This document shows positions 52,166 through 61,423 of a DNA stretch of 64,000 nucleotides, in pieces. Position 1 is the first letter of the stretch. Every line of letters begins with the position of its first letter. The position numbers and the translations under genes were made by a program. Origin of the DNA: Gemmatimonadales bacterium (GTDB lineage Bacteria > Gemmatimonadota > Gemmatimonadetes > Gemmatimonadales > GWC2-71-9); NCBI GenBank assembly GCA_050733215.1, contig JBOHSN010000006.1:4708-68707 (forward strand), written 5' to 3'. The notes below the pieces were generated by a model. The model was not told where the DNA came from. It made no database searches and saw only the letters and a program-made list of their open reading frames with translations.

Positions 52166-53654
52166 GGCCCGTGCCCGGCAGGTGCTCGGCGTCGACCGGC
52201 GTCGTCATGGCCCGACGGAAATCCTCACTCACCAGGATATCGCCGGGCCCGGCTTCGCCGCAGAGCCGTTGCGCCACGTTCACGGCGTCGCCGATGACGG
52301 TGTACTCGAGGCGGCGATGGCTCCCGATGTTGCCCACGAAGACCTCGCCGTGGTTGATGCCGATGCCGACCGCGATGGTGGGGCGGCCGGCGGCGCGCCA
52401 CCGCTGGTTCAGGCCCTCGACGGTCTGCTGCATCGCCACTGCCGCCTGATAGGCGCGATGGGGATCGTCGGGGTGCGCCACCGGCGCGCCCCAGAGCGCC
52501 ATCAGCGCATCGCCGATGAACTTGTCCAGCGTGCCGCCGTGCTCGAAGATCACGTCGACCATCTCGGTGAAGTAGTCGGTGAGCAGTGCGGCGATGGCGT
52601 CCGGCTCCATCCGCTCCGCCATGGCGGTGAAGTTCCGGATGTCCGCGAAGAGCACCGTCATCGGCCGCCGCTCGCCGCCCAGGAGAATGGCCTGCTGATG
52701 ACGCGCGATCTCCGCGGCGACGTTGGGCGCGAAGTACCGCTCGAAGTTGGCGCGGACGTTTTCTTCGCGGCGCAGCCGCTCGGCGTACCTGCTGGTCCGG
52801 ATCGCCACCGCCGCAAGCCCGCTGAACGCCACCAGGAACTGGAGGTCCTCGTCGCCGAAGGAGTTCGCGATGGCGAGGTTGTCCACGTACAGCACGCCGA
52901 GCACTTCGTCGCCTTCGGCCATCAGCGGAGAGCACATCGCGCTCCGGACGCTCTGCTGGAGGATGGACTTGCCCTTGAAGCGGGTATCGGTGGCGGCGTT
53001 CTGGGTCAGTACCGCGAGCCGCTCGTCCATCACCTTCTGCACGATCGAGCGCGGCACGTGCTGGAACTCCGCGTCACCCACCCGCGTCCGCGAGATGCGG
53101 GGCACCAGCTCGCCGGTGCTTTCGTTCAGGAGCAGGATGGAGATGCGGTCCACCTGCATCACCTCGAAGGTGACCGAGACCACCGTGTCGAGCAGCCGGT
53201 CGATGTCGAGCTCGCCCGAGAGCTTCTGGGCCACGCCGAGCAGCAGGTTGAGCTTGTGCGCGGCGGCGTCGGACGGCGTTTCGGCGTTCCGCACGCGCAC
53301 CTGGCGCACGATGGTTCCGCCCGCCGGCGCGCCGGTGGGCGGCGGCACCGCCGCATCGCCGGGCCCGCGCACCGCCTGGAGCTGGTAGACCAGCTTGCCG
53401 AAGGAGACCGAGTCGTTGGGTCCCAGGCGGCCGGCGGCGACCCGGCGGCCGTTGATGCAGGTGCCGTTGGATGAGCCGAGGTCCTTGACGTGGACGCCGT
53501 CGGCCGCGACGGTGAGCTCGGCGTGGCGTCGCGAGACGGTGGGGTCGTAGATCGCGATGTCGCTCGCGACGCCGCGGCCCAGGATCACCGGCCGGCCGGC
53601 CGGGAGCTCGAAGGTCTGGGTGCCTGAGGTACTGACCAGGCGGTAGAGGGGCAT
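52119..53654 (-). CDS. FHA - GAF - class III adenylate/guanylate cyclase
   Basis: FHA: ILGRG...DPTVSRRHAEL...DLGSSNGT. A central GAF-like region. Cyclase: TVLFADIRNFT...FIGDALMALWG...GINHGEVFVGNIG. Confidence 0.85.
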   Translation of the reverse strand: MPLYRLVSTSGTQTFELPAGRPVILGRGVASDIAIYDPTVSRRHAELTVAADGVHVKDLGSSNGTCINGRRVAAGRLGPNDSVSFGKLVYQLQAVRGPGDAAVPPPTGAPAGGTIVRQVRVRNAETPSDAAAHKLNLLLGVAQKLSGELDIDRLLDTVVSVTFEVMQVDRISILLLNESTGELVPRISRTRVGDAEFQHVPRSIVQKVMDERLAVLTQNAATDTRFKGKSILQQSVRSAMCSPLMAEGDEVLGVLYVDNLAIANSFGDEDLQFLVAFSGLAAVAIRTSRYAERLRREENVRANFERYFAPNVAAEIARHQQAILLGGERRPMTVLFADIRNFTAMAERMEPDAIAALLTDYFTEMVDVIFEHGGTLDKFIGDALMALWGAPVAHPDDPHRAYQAAVAMQQTVEGLNQRWRAAGRPTIAVGIGINHGEVFVGNIGSHRRLEYTVIGDAVNVAQRLCGEAGPGDILVSEDFRRAMTTPVDAEHLPGTGLRGKTQTVEVFRVRW

Positions 53655-53667
53655 AGGGGAAAAGTAG

Positions 53668-53792
53668 GCGGGAGAGGGCGGGAGGGGGCGGGAGGGGGAG
53701 GGAGAGGGAGCCGGATCGGGCGGCTCCGCTGTTCACGCCGGGGGCGTTCCTGCCTCTCCCGCCCTCTCCCGCCCTCTTTCGCCCTCTCCCGC
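53668..53792. repeat. Inverted decamer arrays GCGGGAGRGG x4 (53668-53707) and CCTCTYYCGC x4 (53753-53792), 42-45 nt spacer
   Basis: Direct reading. The right arm encodes the last about 19 codons of trpE. The left arm ends 14 nt upstream of the cyclase start codon. Confidence 0.95.
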
Positions 53793-55268
53793 CGCAAGCG
53801 CCAGTGCAAGCAACACCGCCCGCGCCTTCGCCTCGGTCTCGCGGAGCTCGGCCGCCGGGTCGGAGTCGGCCACGATGCCGGCGCCGGCCTGCACCCAGGC
53901 CCGTCCGTTCCGCATGACGCAGGTGCGCAGCGCGATCGCGGTATCGAGTACCTGCGCCCCCCAGCCGACGTATCCCACGGCGCCCGCGTACGGTCCACGG
54001 CGCACCGGCTCGAGCTCGTCGATGATCTCCATCGCGCGGACCTTGGGCGCGCCGCTCACCGTGCCGGCGGGGAAGCAGGCCGCGAGCGCGGCCACGGCGT
54101 CGAGCTCCGGCCGCAGCCGGCCGCGCACCTCGCTGACGAGGTGCATGACGTGCGAGTACCGTTCGATCGTCATGAACTCCGTGAGGTGCACCGAGCCGAA
54201 CTCGGCGACCCGGCCCACGTCGTTCCGCCCCAGGTCCACCAGCATCAGATGCTCGGCCCGCTCCTTCGGGTCGGCTTCCAGCTCCGCGGCGAGCGCAGCG
54301 TCGCGCTCGGGCGTGTCGCCCCGCAGCCGGGTGCCGGCGATCGGCCGGAGCGTGACCTCCCGGTCCTCCACCCGCACGAGAATCTCGGGCGAGCTGCCGA
54401 CGATATGGACGTCGTCGAAGTGCAGGCAGTAGAGATACGGCGCCGGGTTGAGCGCGCGGAGGTAACGGTATGTCAGAAACGGATCGGGGGCGGGGAGATC
54501 CAGCCGGCGGGAGAGCACCGTCTGAAAGGTGTCGCCCGCGGCAATGTACTCCTTGATCCGGCGTACGTCGCGCTCGAAACGGGTGTCGGTGTAGGGCGAC
54601 GTTACGGACGGGACAGCGGCCGGCTCCATCGGCAGCGGCCGCAGTATGGCGGGACCGGCGAGACGCGCCAGCCAATCGTCGATGCGGGCTTCGGCAGTTT
54701 CGTGCAGCCGGGCCAGCGTCGCCTCGTCCGCGCCGTCCGGCACATCGACGTTCGCGATCACGGTCGCGCGATTGTACAGATTGTCGAGCACGAGGAGCGT
54801 GTCGGCCACCATGAGGAGCGCGTCCGGCAGATCGCGGTCGTCCGGCGGGGGTGACGGCAACGACTCGAGGGTGCGCACGATGTCGTACCCGAGGTAGCCC
54901 ACGGCGCCGCCGGTGAAGCGCGGCAGCCCGGGCACCTCCACCGGGGCGTAGCGCCGCATCGCGCGGCCGAGGTGCTCGAGCGGGGCGATGTCCTCGGCCT
55001 CGAGCTGCCAGCCCGCCGCCGCGGTCCACCGCTCGCAGCGTCGCCCGCGGTAGCGGAACACCTCGCGCGGATCGGTGGCCAGAAACGTGTAGCGGGCCCA
55101 TCGCTCGCCCCCCTCGAGCGACTCGAGCAGGAAGCCGAAGGGGCCCCGGTGCAGTTTCGCGAATGCCGCGACCGGCGTATCACCGTCGAGCAGCACCTGA
55201 CGGGTGACCGGCACGATGGCGCCGCCCGCCCGGGCGCCGGCCCTGATCGCCTCCAGGCCGACGCTCAC
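53733..55268 (-). CDS. trpE: Anthranilate synthase component I
   Basis: 511 aa and colinear with TrpE (...LESLEGGERWARY..., ...GAPKVRAMEII..., GAGIVADS). The C-terminal tail AAGEGERGRERAGEAGTPPA is repeat-derived. Confidence 0.9.
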   Translation of the reverse strand: MSVGLEAIRAGARAGGAIVPVTRQVLLDGDTPVAAFAKLHRGPFGFLLESLEGGERWARYTFLATDPREVFRYRGRRCERWTAAAGWQLEAEDIAPLEHLGRAMRRYAPVEVPGLPRFTGGAVGYLGYDIVRTLESLPSPPPDDRDLPDALLMVADTLLVLDNLYNRATVIANVDVPDGADEATLARLHETAEARIDDWLARLAGPAILRPLPMEPAAVPSVTSPYTDTRFERDVRRIKEYIAAGDTFQTVLSRRLDLPAPDPFLTYRYLRALNPAPYLYCLHFDDVHIVGSSPEILVRVEDREVTLRPIAGTRLRGDTPERDAALAAELEADPKERAEHLMLVDLGRNDVGRVAEFGSVHLTEFMTIERYSHVMHLVSEVRGRLRPELDAVAALAACFPAGTVSGAPKVRAMEIIDELEPVRRGPYAGAVGYVGWGAQVLDTAIALRTCVMRNGRAWVQAGAGIVADSDPAAELRETEAKARAVLLALALAAGEGERGRERAGEAGTPPA

Positions 55269-55846
55269 CGCGGCGCCCCGACCACGAAACTGCCGGGCCC
55301 GGGCAGCGCCGCGCGAAGGTTGTCCGACGCCGGCCGGGTGGAGACGAGAAACCGGATGCCGCCGTCGGGCAGCAGCTGCCCGACGGCCAACACCGCCTCG
55401 AACGCGGCATCGCTGCCGTACTTCCGCGTGGCCTCGATGGGAGCCGAGAAGTGGACCGGGTACTTGAAGGTCACGGTGGCGCCCGCGATGGGCGTGGCGC
55501 TGCTCTCCACATCCACGCCGTAGACGCCGGGCCGGGGGCGGATGGCCAGGCGCACCGAGTCGGATGTGGGCGCCGCGCTGTCGAACGCTTCCGCCGGCAG
55601 CGTCACTTCGGCAAAGATGAGGTTGTCGGGCGGACCATGGCGGAGCACAACGACCCGCCGGGCGCCCCGCGACACGCGCAGCGTGGTATCGTCCGGGGGC
55701 ACGCCAGCGACCTCGAGCAGGTAGACCTGGTCGAGGGTGTACCTGAGCGCCGGGTTGCCGGTGGTGTTGGAGGGCCTCGGGCCCGGCGCGGCGGGGTTGG
55801 GGGAAGCGCAGGCGGCGATTGCGAGCAGGGCGAGGACCGGGGACAT
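55265..55846 (-). CDS. Hypothetical lipoprotein
   Basis: MSPVLALLAIAACAS lipobox. The 21 upstream codons of the ORF (..SPLTAHHLPLTAH..) are a repeat translation. Its stop overlaps the trpE GTG (GTGA). Confidence 0.5.
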   Translation of the reverse strand: MSPVLALLAIAACASPNPAAPGPRPSNTTGNPALRYTLDQVYLLEVAGVPPDDTTLRVSRGARRVVVLRHGPPDNLIFAEVTLPAEAFDSAAPTSDSVRLAIRPRPGVYGVDVESSATPIAGATVTFKYPVHFSAPIEATRKYGSDAAFEAVLAVGQLLPDGGIRFLVSTRPASDNLRAALPGPGSFVVGAPR

Positions 55847-55861
55847 TCCAAACCAGTGCGC

Positions 55862-56008
55862 GGTGAGAGGCAAATGGTGAGCGGTGAGCGGTGAGCGGAT
55901 CGGAGGCATGATGACTCAGTGCGTTGTCCGGGGGTTGGCAGTCTGGACCGTCCCGCTTCTCGTGTACTGCTTACCGCTCACCGCTCACCGCTCACCGCTT
56001 ACCGCCCA
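55862..56008. repeat. Inverted heptamer arrays: GGTGAGM x4 (55862-55868, 55876-55896) and CCGCTYA-type x5-6 (55967-56008), flanking the start codon of the plus-strand gene
   Basis: Direct reading. The SD (GGAGG 55902) and ATGATG (55908-55913) lie in the loop. The right arm is translated as LPLTAHRSPLTAQ. Confidence 0.95.
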
Positions 56009-57983
56009 GTCCTGGAGCTCCCCGCCGGCTCTGGCCCTTGCCGGACGGGCGGTCGAGCGGCGGCAGGAGGCCCAAGCCGATTCCGCGCTCCGGAGCTGGC
56101 GGACGCGCGCGCACGGCTTCGTCTTCTTCCTGGCGCAGATCGGGGAGGGGCTCACCGGACCGCCGCGCCTCGTGAAGGCGGACGAACTGGACGTGGAAGT
56201 GTATTGGCAGGTGCCGGGGCGGAGCAAGCAAATCATCCTCGGCTGGCGCGACGGCCGCTTCCTTCCCACCGACATCGACTACCACCGGGACCATCTCGGC
56301 ATCGTCACCAACGACTTCGGTGACGTGATCCGCATCGGTGAGGGCGACGAGGTGCGCGACGTGCCGCACCCGCTTTCGCCCGCCGGCCTCGAGGCCTACC
56401 AGTTCGCGCTGGGTGACTCGCTCTCGATCCGGAGCGCCACCGGCGAGATCCGCGTGCGCGAGCTCCGGGTGCGCCCGCGGGACTTCGGCGCTCCGCTGGT
56501 GGTCGGCTCGCTGTATCTGGATGCCGCCTCCGCTCGGGTGGTGCGGTTCCGGTTCAGCTTCACGCCGGCTGCGTACCTCGATCGCCAGCTCGAGGACATC
56601 AGCGTCGTGCTGGAGAATTCACTGGTCGAAGGCCGCTTCTGGCTCCCGTACCGCCAGGAGATCGAGATCCGGCGCCGGACCAGCTGGCTCGACTTTCCGG
56701 CCCGCGGCATCATCCGTGGGCGCTGGGAGATCGGTGACTACGACCTCGGGCTTGCGATCCCGCCGGCGGTGTTCGCGGGCGGCGACATCGGCGGGCTCGT
56801 CAGGCCGGACCCGAACGACCCACGCTGGACCGTTCCACTCCGCGAGGCCATCGCCGGCGCCGCTCCCCCGCTCGACCGGCGCGACATCCAGGCTCTCCGC
56901 GTCCAGGCGGAGCGCATTGCCGGTAGGCGCGCGCTGAGCGGACTCCCCGGCAGCCGGCTCGCCATCGGCTCCATCAGCGACCTGGTCCGGGTGAATCGGG
57001 TGCAGGGACTCACGTTGGGGCTCGGGAGCTCGTTGCGCCTCGGCGAGAGCCGGCTGCGGCTCCGACCGAGGCTCGGTTTCGGCACGGCGGACGAGCGGCT
57101 GACCGGCGGGCTCGCGGTGGACGTCGGCATCGGGGCGGCGGAGCTCACCGGCTATGTTGGGCGGCGGGTGACCGACGTCAGCGACCAGCGCGTGATCTCC
57201 GGCCTGCTCAACTCGTTTCTCGCGCAGGAGAGCGGGGACGACTACGGTGATTACGTATCGCTCGACGCCGTCGGCGCAGGCCTCCGGCAGCCGCTCGGCG
57301 GCCTGACCGCGCTCACGCTCGAGCTCGCGTTGGAGCGAAGCCGCTCGCTCGAGGTGCGCGCCACACCGGCTCACGGGAGCTATCGTCCCAACCCGGCGCT
57401 GGGCGCCGGGACGTACCGGCATGCGCGTCTCCGGCTGGAGCGGGCCGGCGCCGCCCCGCCGAGCAGCGGACTCGCGGGCCACCTCGCGGTGGAGGTGGGC
57501 GAAGGCCCGACCGACTACCTGCGGGTGGCAGGCGGGGGCGCGTGGCTACTGCCGGTCGGCGGCAGCCAGCTCCTGCTCAAGGCCGATGCAGGAACGGGGA
57601 CCGTGGGTCTTCCGGCATATCGGAGCTTCGTGCTCGGCGGGCGGGGCACGCTGGTCGGCGAGCCGTTCCGCGCCTGGGGCGGACGCGATTTCGTGCTCGC
57701 ACGGGTCGAGTGGCGGCTCGATGCGCCGGTCCCGGCGATTTCGCTTGGGTCGTTTGCCTCCACCGGCCGCACGATGATCGTGGCCCCGTTCGCGGCGGCC
57801 GGCTGGACCGGCCGGCCGATCGCCGGGCTGCCGTGGGCCGGCACCGACGGGGTCCGGCCGGTGGCCGGTATCGCCGTCGAGTGGCTGATGCGGCTGATCC
57901 GGGTGGAGGCTGGGGTGGGACTCCGGGACGGCGACTTCGGGGTCACGGTGGACATTCACCCGGAATGGTGGGGGATTCTGTAG
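55908..57983 (+). CDS. Large hypothetical outer-membrane protein (Omp85/surface-antigen-like C-terminal barrel suspected)
   Basis: 692-aa reading from ATG 55908 with a GGAGG SD. Signal-like N-terminus and a Gly/aromatic beta-strand-rich C-terminal half. No firm family call. Confidence 0.5.
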   Translation: MMTQCVVRGLAVWTVPLLVYCLPLTAHRSPLTAQSWSSPPALALAGRAVERRQEAQADSALRSWRTRAHGFVFFLAQIGEGLTGPPRLVKADELDVEVYWQVPGRSKQIILGWRDGRFLPTDIDYHRDHLGIVTNDFGDVIRIGEGDEVRDVPHPLSPAGLEAYQFALGDSLSIRSATGEIRVRELRVRPRDFGAPLVVGSLYLDAASARVVRFRFSFTPAAYLDRQLEDISVVLENSLVEGRFWLPYRQEIEIRRRTSWLDFPARGIIRGRWEIGDYDLGLAIPPAVFAGGDIGGLVRPDPNDPRWTVPLREAIAGAAPPLDRRDIQALRVQAERIAGRRALSGLPGSRLAIGSISDLVRVNRVQGLTLGLGSSLRLGESRLRLRPRLGFGTADERLTGGLAVDVGIGAAELTGYVGRRVTDVSDQRVISGLLNSFLAQESGDDYGDYVSLDAVGAGLRQPLGGLTALTLELALERSRSLEVRATPAHGSYRPNPALGAGTYRHARLRLERAGAAPPSSGLAGHLAVEVGEGPTDYLRVAGGGAWLLPVGGSQLLLKADAGTGTVGLPAYRSFVLGGRGTLVGEPFRAWGGRDFVLARVEWRLDAPVPAISLGSFASTGRTMIVAPFAAAGWTGRPIAGLPWAGTDGVRPVAGIAVEWLMRLIRVEAGVGLRDGDFGVTVDIHPEWWGIL

Positions 57984-57994
57984 CCGGTCCGCCG

Positions 57995-58018
57995 CTGCCC
58001 GCCTGCGCGCCTGCCCGT
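57995..58018. repeat. Octamer tandem repeat CTGCSCGY x3 (single arm)
   Basis: ctgcccgc ctgcgcgc ctgcccgt, 12 nt after the TAG stop at 57981-57983. Confidence 0.6.
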
Positions 58019-58064
58019 TACTTTTCAGCGTTCCCTCTGACTTCCCAATTCCCTCGAGCGGCGA

Positions 58065-60323
58065 ATGCAGTTCACCGATGAATGGCTCGTGCCCACCGTT
58101 GAGACGCTCGTTCCCGGCGACGTGCTCGCGGGCCTCCGTCTCGCCGACGGGCCACCCTCCTCGCTCTGGGAAACGCTGGTTCAGCGCAAGCTCGCCACGG
58201 ATGCGCAGATCCTGAATGCGGTGGCGACGCGCTTCCGCTTCGGGGTGGCGGAGCTGGCCGGGGTCGATCCCGACGTGAAGGATGCGGTGCCCGAGCAGCT
58301 GGTCCGCAAGTACAACGTCGTGCCTATCCGGGTGACCGAGTCGCTGCTGGAGATCGGAACCGCCAATCCGTTCGATCTTGACGCCGAGAAGGCGCTCGCG
58401 TTCGCGACCGGCCGCGAGGTCCGCCTGCTGCTCGCCGCGCCCGCGCGAATCCGCGAGAAGCTGGACGAGCTCTACCGCGGCGAGGATGCGATCAACCGCT
58501 TCCTCGACAGCATGGGCGGCGACTTCGAGGTCAAGGAGGTCAAGGAGGAGGACGACGCGGCCGTCACCGCGGAGGAGGCGAGCCAGCGGCCCATCATCCG
58601 CCTCGTCGACACGATGCTCGCCGACGGGGTGACGAGCCGGGCGAGCGACATCCACGTGGAGCCGGCCGAGGGCGCCGTGGTGGTGCGCTACCGTATCGAC
58701 GGCGTGCTCCGCCAGGTCATGAAGATCCCGCGCTCCGCGGGACTGCCGCTCATCTCGCGCATCAAGATCATGTCCGGCCTCGACATCGCCGATCGCCTGC
58801 GCCCGCAGGATGGCCGCGCCCGCGTGTCGGTGAACGGCGATCCGATCGACCTGCGCATCTCCACGCTCCCGGCCTCGCTGGGCGAGAAGGTCGTCATCCG
58901 GATCCTGAGCCAGAAAGCGACGGTGCTGTCGCTGGACGGTCTGGGGCTCAATCCGCAGGAGGCCGAGTCCATCGCGCGCCTGCTGCGGCACAAGGAGGGC
59001 ATCATCCTGGTGACGGGCCCCACCGGCTCGGGCAAGACGACGACGCTCTACTCCGCGCTCCGGCTGATTCAGAGCGAGGGCGTCAACATCGTCACGGTCG
59101 AAGACCCCGTCGAGTACCGGCTGGGCCAGAACATCGTGCAGGTGCAGGTGCACGAGAAGGCCGGCCTCACCTTCGCGTCCGCGCTCCGCTCGATCCTCCG
59201 GCAGGATCCCGACGTGGTGCTCATCGGCGAGGTGCGCGACCAGGAGACCGCGCAGATCGCGCTGCAGGCCTCGCTCACCGGCCACCTGGTCCTGTCCACG
59301 CTGCACACCAACGACGCACCGAACTCGGTCACCCGTCTGCTCGACATGGGCATGGAGGCGTACAAGATCGCCTCGGCGCTGCGCGGCATCGTGGCACAGC
59401 GGCTGATGCGGCGGCTCTGCGTCCATTGCAAGGAGCCCGGCGGCGACGGGACGCCGGAGCGTGTCGCCCGCCTGCTGCCCGCGGGGACCAAGCTCTTCCG
59501 GGCGGTCGGCTGTCCGGAATGCGCGCAGACCGGCTATCGCGGCCGTTTCAGCATCGTGGAGGTGCTCACGATGACGCCCGCGATCGAGCGGGCGATCGGG
59601 GCCGGTGCCACGGCCGACGTGCTCGCCGAGATGGCCCGGGACCAGGGCATGCGCTCGCTCTGGGAGAGCGGCCTCCAGCACCTGGTGGCCGGCGACACGA
59701 CCGTGGAAGAATTGCTCCGCGTCACCGACGTTCCCGCCGAGGTCGTGCCGGAGCGGGCGAGCGCGCCACGGCGTCCGGCGCCGGAGCCGAAGCGCGGTGG
59801 GAGGGCCGCCGCCGCGCCGCCTGCGACCCCGGCTCCGGCCAGCACACCGCCTCAGCCCGCGTCGGCGCCGTCGGTCGATTTCTCCATGGAGATGGACCTG
59901 CTCGACGACGCGCCGCCCGGCTCGGCCGCCGGCGCTGAGCGGAGGCGCGGCATCGTCGTGTTGCTGGTGGACGACGAGGACGATCTCCGGCGGGTCATGC
60001 GCGACCTGCTGGAGCGCGAAGGCTACTCGGTCCAGGAGGCGCGCGACGGCGTGCAGGCGCTCGACCAGGTGGACCGGCACGCGCCGGACGTCATTGTGCT
60101 CGACCTCAACCTGCCGGGGCTCGACGGCTACGGCGTCCTGTCCCAGCTCCGCTCCCGGAATGCCACCCGCAACATTCCGGTCATCGTACTCACCGCGAAG
60201 GGCGACGAGGAAAACGAGGTGCGTGTCTTCGAGCTGGGCGCGGACGACTTCCTGAGCAAGCCGTTCCGCGCCCGCGCGCTGCCCGCGCGCCTCGAAGCGG
60301 TGCTCGGCCGCCGCGCCCGATGA
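58065..60323 (+). CDS. GspE/PilB-family secretion ATPase with an N-terminal T2SSE_N domain and a C-terminal CheY-like receiver domain
   Basis: T2SSE_N-like aa 1-150. Walker A GPTGSGKTTT, Asp/His boxes, and the tetracysteine motif CVHC...CPEC. REC aa 629-752 (59949-60320): LLVDDEDD, VIVLDLNLPGLDG, VLTAKG, SKPF. Confidence 0.85.
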   Translation: MQFTDEWLVPTVETLVPGDVLAGLRLADGPPSSLWETLVQRKLATDAQILNAVATRFRFGVAELAGVDPDVKDAVPEQLVRKYNVVPIRVTESLLEIGTANPFDLDAEKALAFATGREVRLLLAAPARIREKLDELYRGEDAINRFLDSMGGDFEVKEVKEEDDAAVTAEEASQRPIIRLVDTMLADGVTSRASDIHVEPAEGAVVVRYRIDGVLRQVMKIPRSAGLPLISRIKIMSGLDIADRLRPQDGRARVSVNGDPIDLRISTLPASLGEKVVIRILSQKATVLSLDGLGLNPQEAESIARLLRHKEGIILVTGPTGSGKTTTLYSALRLIQSEGVNIVTVEDPVEYRLGQNIVQVQVHEKAGLTFASALRSILRQDPDVVLIGEVRDQETAQIALQASLTGHLVLSTLHTNDAPNSVTRLLDMGMEAYKIASALRGIVAQRLMRRLCVHCKEPGGDGTPERVARLLPAGTKLFRAVGCPECAQTGYRGRFSIVEVLTMTPAIERAIGAGATADVLAEMARDQGMRSLWESGLQHLVAGDTTVEELLRVTDVPAEVVPERASAPRRPAPEPKRGGRAAAAPPATPAPASTPPQPASAPSVDFSMEMDLLDDAPPGSAAGAERRRGIVVLLVDDEDDLRRVMRDLLEREGYSVQEARDGVQALDQVDRHAPDVIVLDLNLPGLDGYGVLSQLRSRNATRNIPVIVLTAKGDEENEVRVFELGADDFLSKPFRARALPARLEAVLGRRAR

Positions 60324-61423
60324 CCGAATCGCTCGCGGACGCGAGCCCGGCCATCGAGCTGGTGAAGCCCGCGGTCCGGGGACAGCCGGCGTACACGCTC
60401 GTTCCGCGCCCGTCCCGCCGCAAACTGAATCAGAACGAGAGTCCGTGGGACGTGCCGGAGGCGCTCAAGCGCGAGATCATCGAGCGCGCGATGGCGCTGC
60501 CGTGGAACCGCTACCCGGAGTTCGTTCCGTCCGAGCTGCTCCAGCGGCTCGCGGCGGCGCACGCGTGGCACCCCGACGGGATCCTGGTCGGCAACGGCTC
60601 CAACGAGCTGATCCAGGCGGTGCTCGCCACCACGCTCTCGCCCGGCGAAGCCGTCGTGGCGCCGTCGCCGACGTTCTCGCTCTACCGCCTGCTGACCAAC
60701 GTGTTCGACGGCCGCTACGTGCCGGTGGCGCTGGGCGGGGATTTCCGGTACGACGTTGATTCGCTGATCAAGGCGGCCGTGCGGGAGCGCGCCCGGGTCG
60801 TGGTGCTCAACTCGCCGAACAACCCCACCGGTAGCACGCTGCCGCCCGACGGCGTGGAGCGTGTGCTCGAGGCGACCGACGCGCTGGTGCTGTGCGACGA
60901 GGCGTATCAGGACTTCGGTGGCCCCACCGCCGTGCCGCTGCTGCCGTCGTCCCCGCGAGTCGTGGTCCTCCGCACGTTCTCCAAGGCGTTCGGTCTCGCG
61001 GGGCTCCGCTTCGGCTACGCGCTGGCGCATCCTTCGCTGGCGCGGGAGATCGCCAAGGGCAAGCTGCCGTACAACGTGAACGCCATCACGCTCGCGGCCG
61101 CGGCGATGCTGATGGAGCACGCGGAGCTCCGCACCGAACGGATCCGCTCCCTCGTCGCGACGCGGGATCGCACGGTGGATCGCCTCCGCGCGCTCCGGGG
61201 CATCAGGGTGTACCCGACCGCCGCCAACTTTGTGCTCCTCCGCTGCCAGGGCGTGCCGGCGCGCGATGTCTTCCGGCGGCTGCTGGACGAGCACGGCATT
61301 CTCGTGCGCGATGTGTCCAGCGGGAGCGAGCTCCAGGAGTGCCTGCGGATCTCCATCGGCACGGAGGAGGACATGGACGCGGTCGCCGCGGCGCTGGAGC
61401 AGATCGTCGGCGGTGAGCGGTGA
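60320..61423 (+). CDS. hisC: Histidinol-phosphate aminotransferase
   Basis: LNQNESP, NPNNPTG and the PLP lysine region FSKAFGLAGLRFGY. The ATG overlaps the upstream stop (ATGA). The stop lies inside a heptamer array. Confidence 0.9.
   Translation: MTESLADASPAIELVKPAVRGQPAYTLVPRPSRRKLNQNESPWDVPEALKREIIERAMALPWNRYPEFVPSELLQRLAAAHAWHPDGILVGNGSNELIQAVLATTLSPGEAVVAPSPTFSLYRLLTNVFDGRYVPVALGGDFRYDVDSLIKAAVRERARVVVLNSPNNPTGSTLPPDGVERVLEATDALVLCDEAYQDFGGPTAVPLLPSSPRVVVLRTFSKAFGLAGLRFGYALAHPSLAREIAKGKLPYNVNAITLAAAAMLMEHAELRTERIRSLVATRDRTVDRLRALRGIRVYPTAANFVLLRCQGVPARDVFRRLLDEHGILVRDVSSGSELQECLRISIGTEEDMDAVAAALEQIVGGER

Noticed and set aside
58065-58500. A c-di-GMP-binding MshEN motif in the N-terminal domain of the GspE-like ATPase
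   Set aside because: The segment LWETLVQRKLATDAQILNAV resembles the motif only loosely, and I could not find the paired 24-residue repeats with conserved RLG...Q. I am not confident without an HMM.
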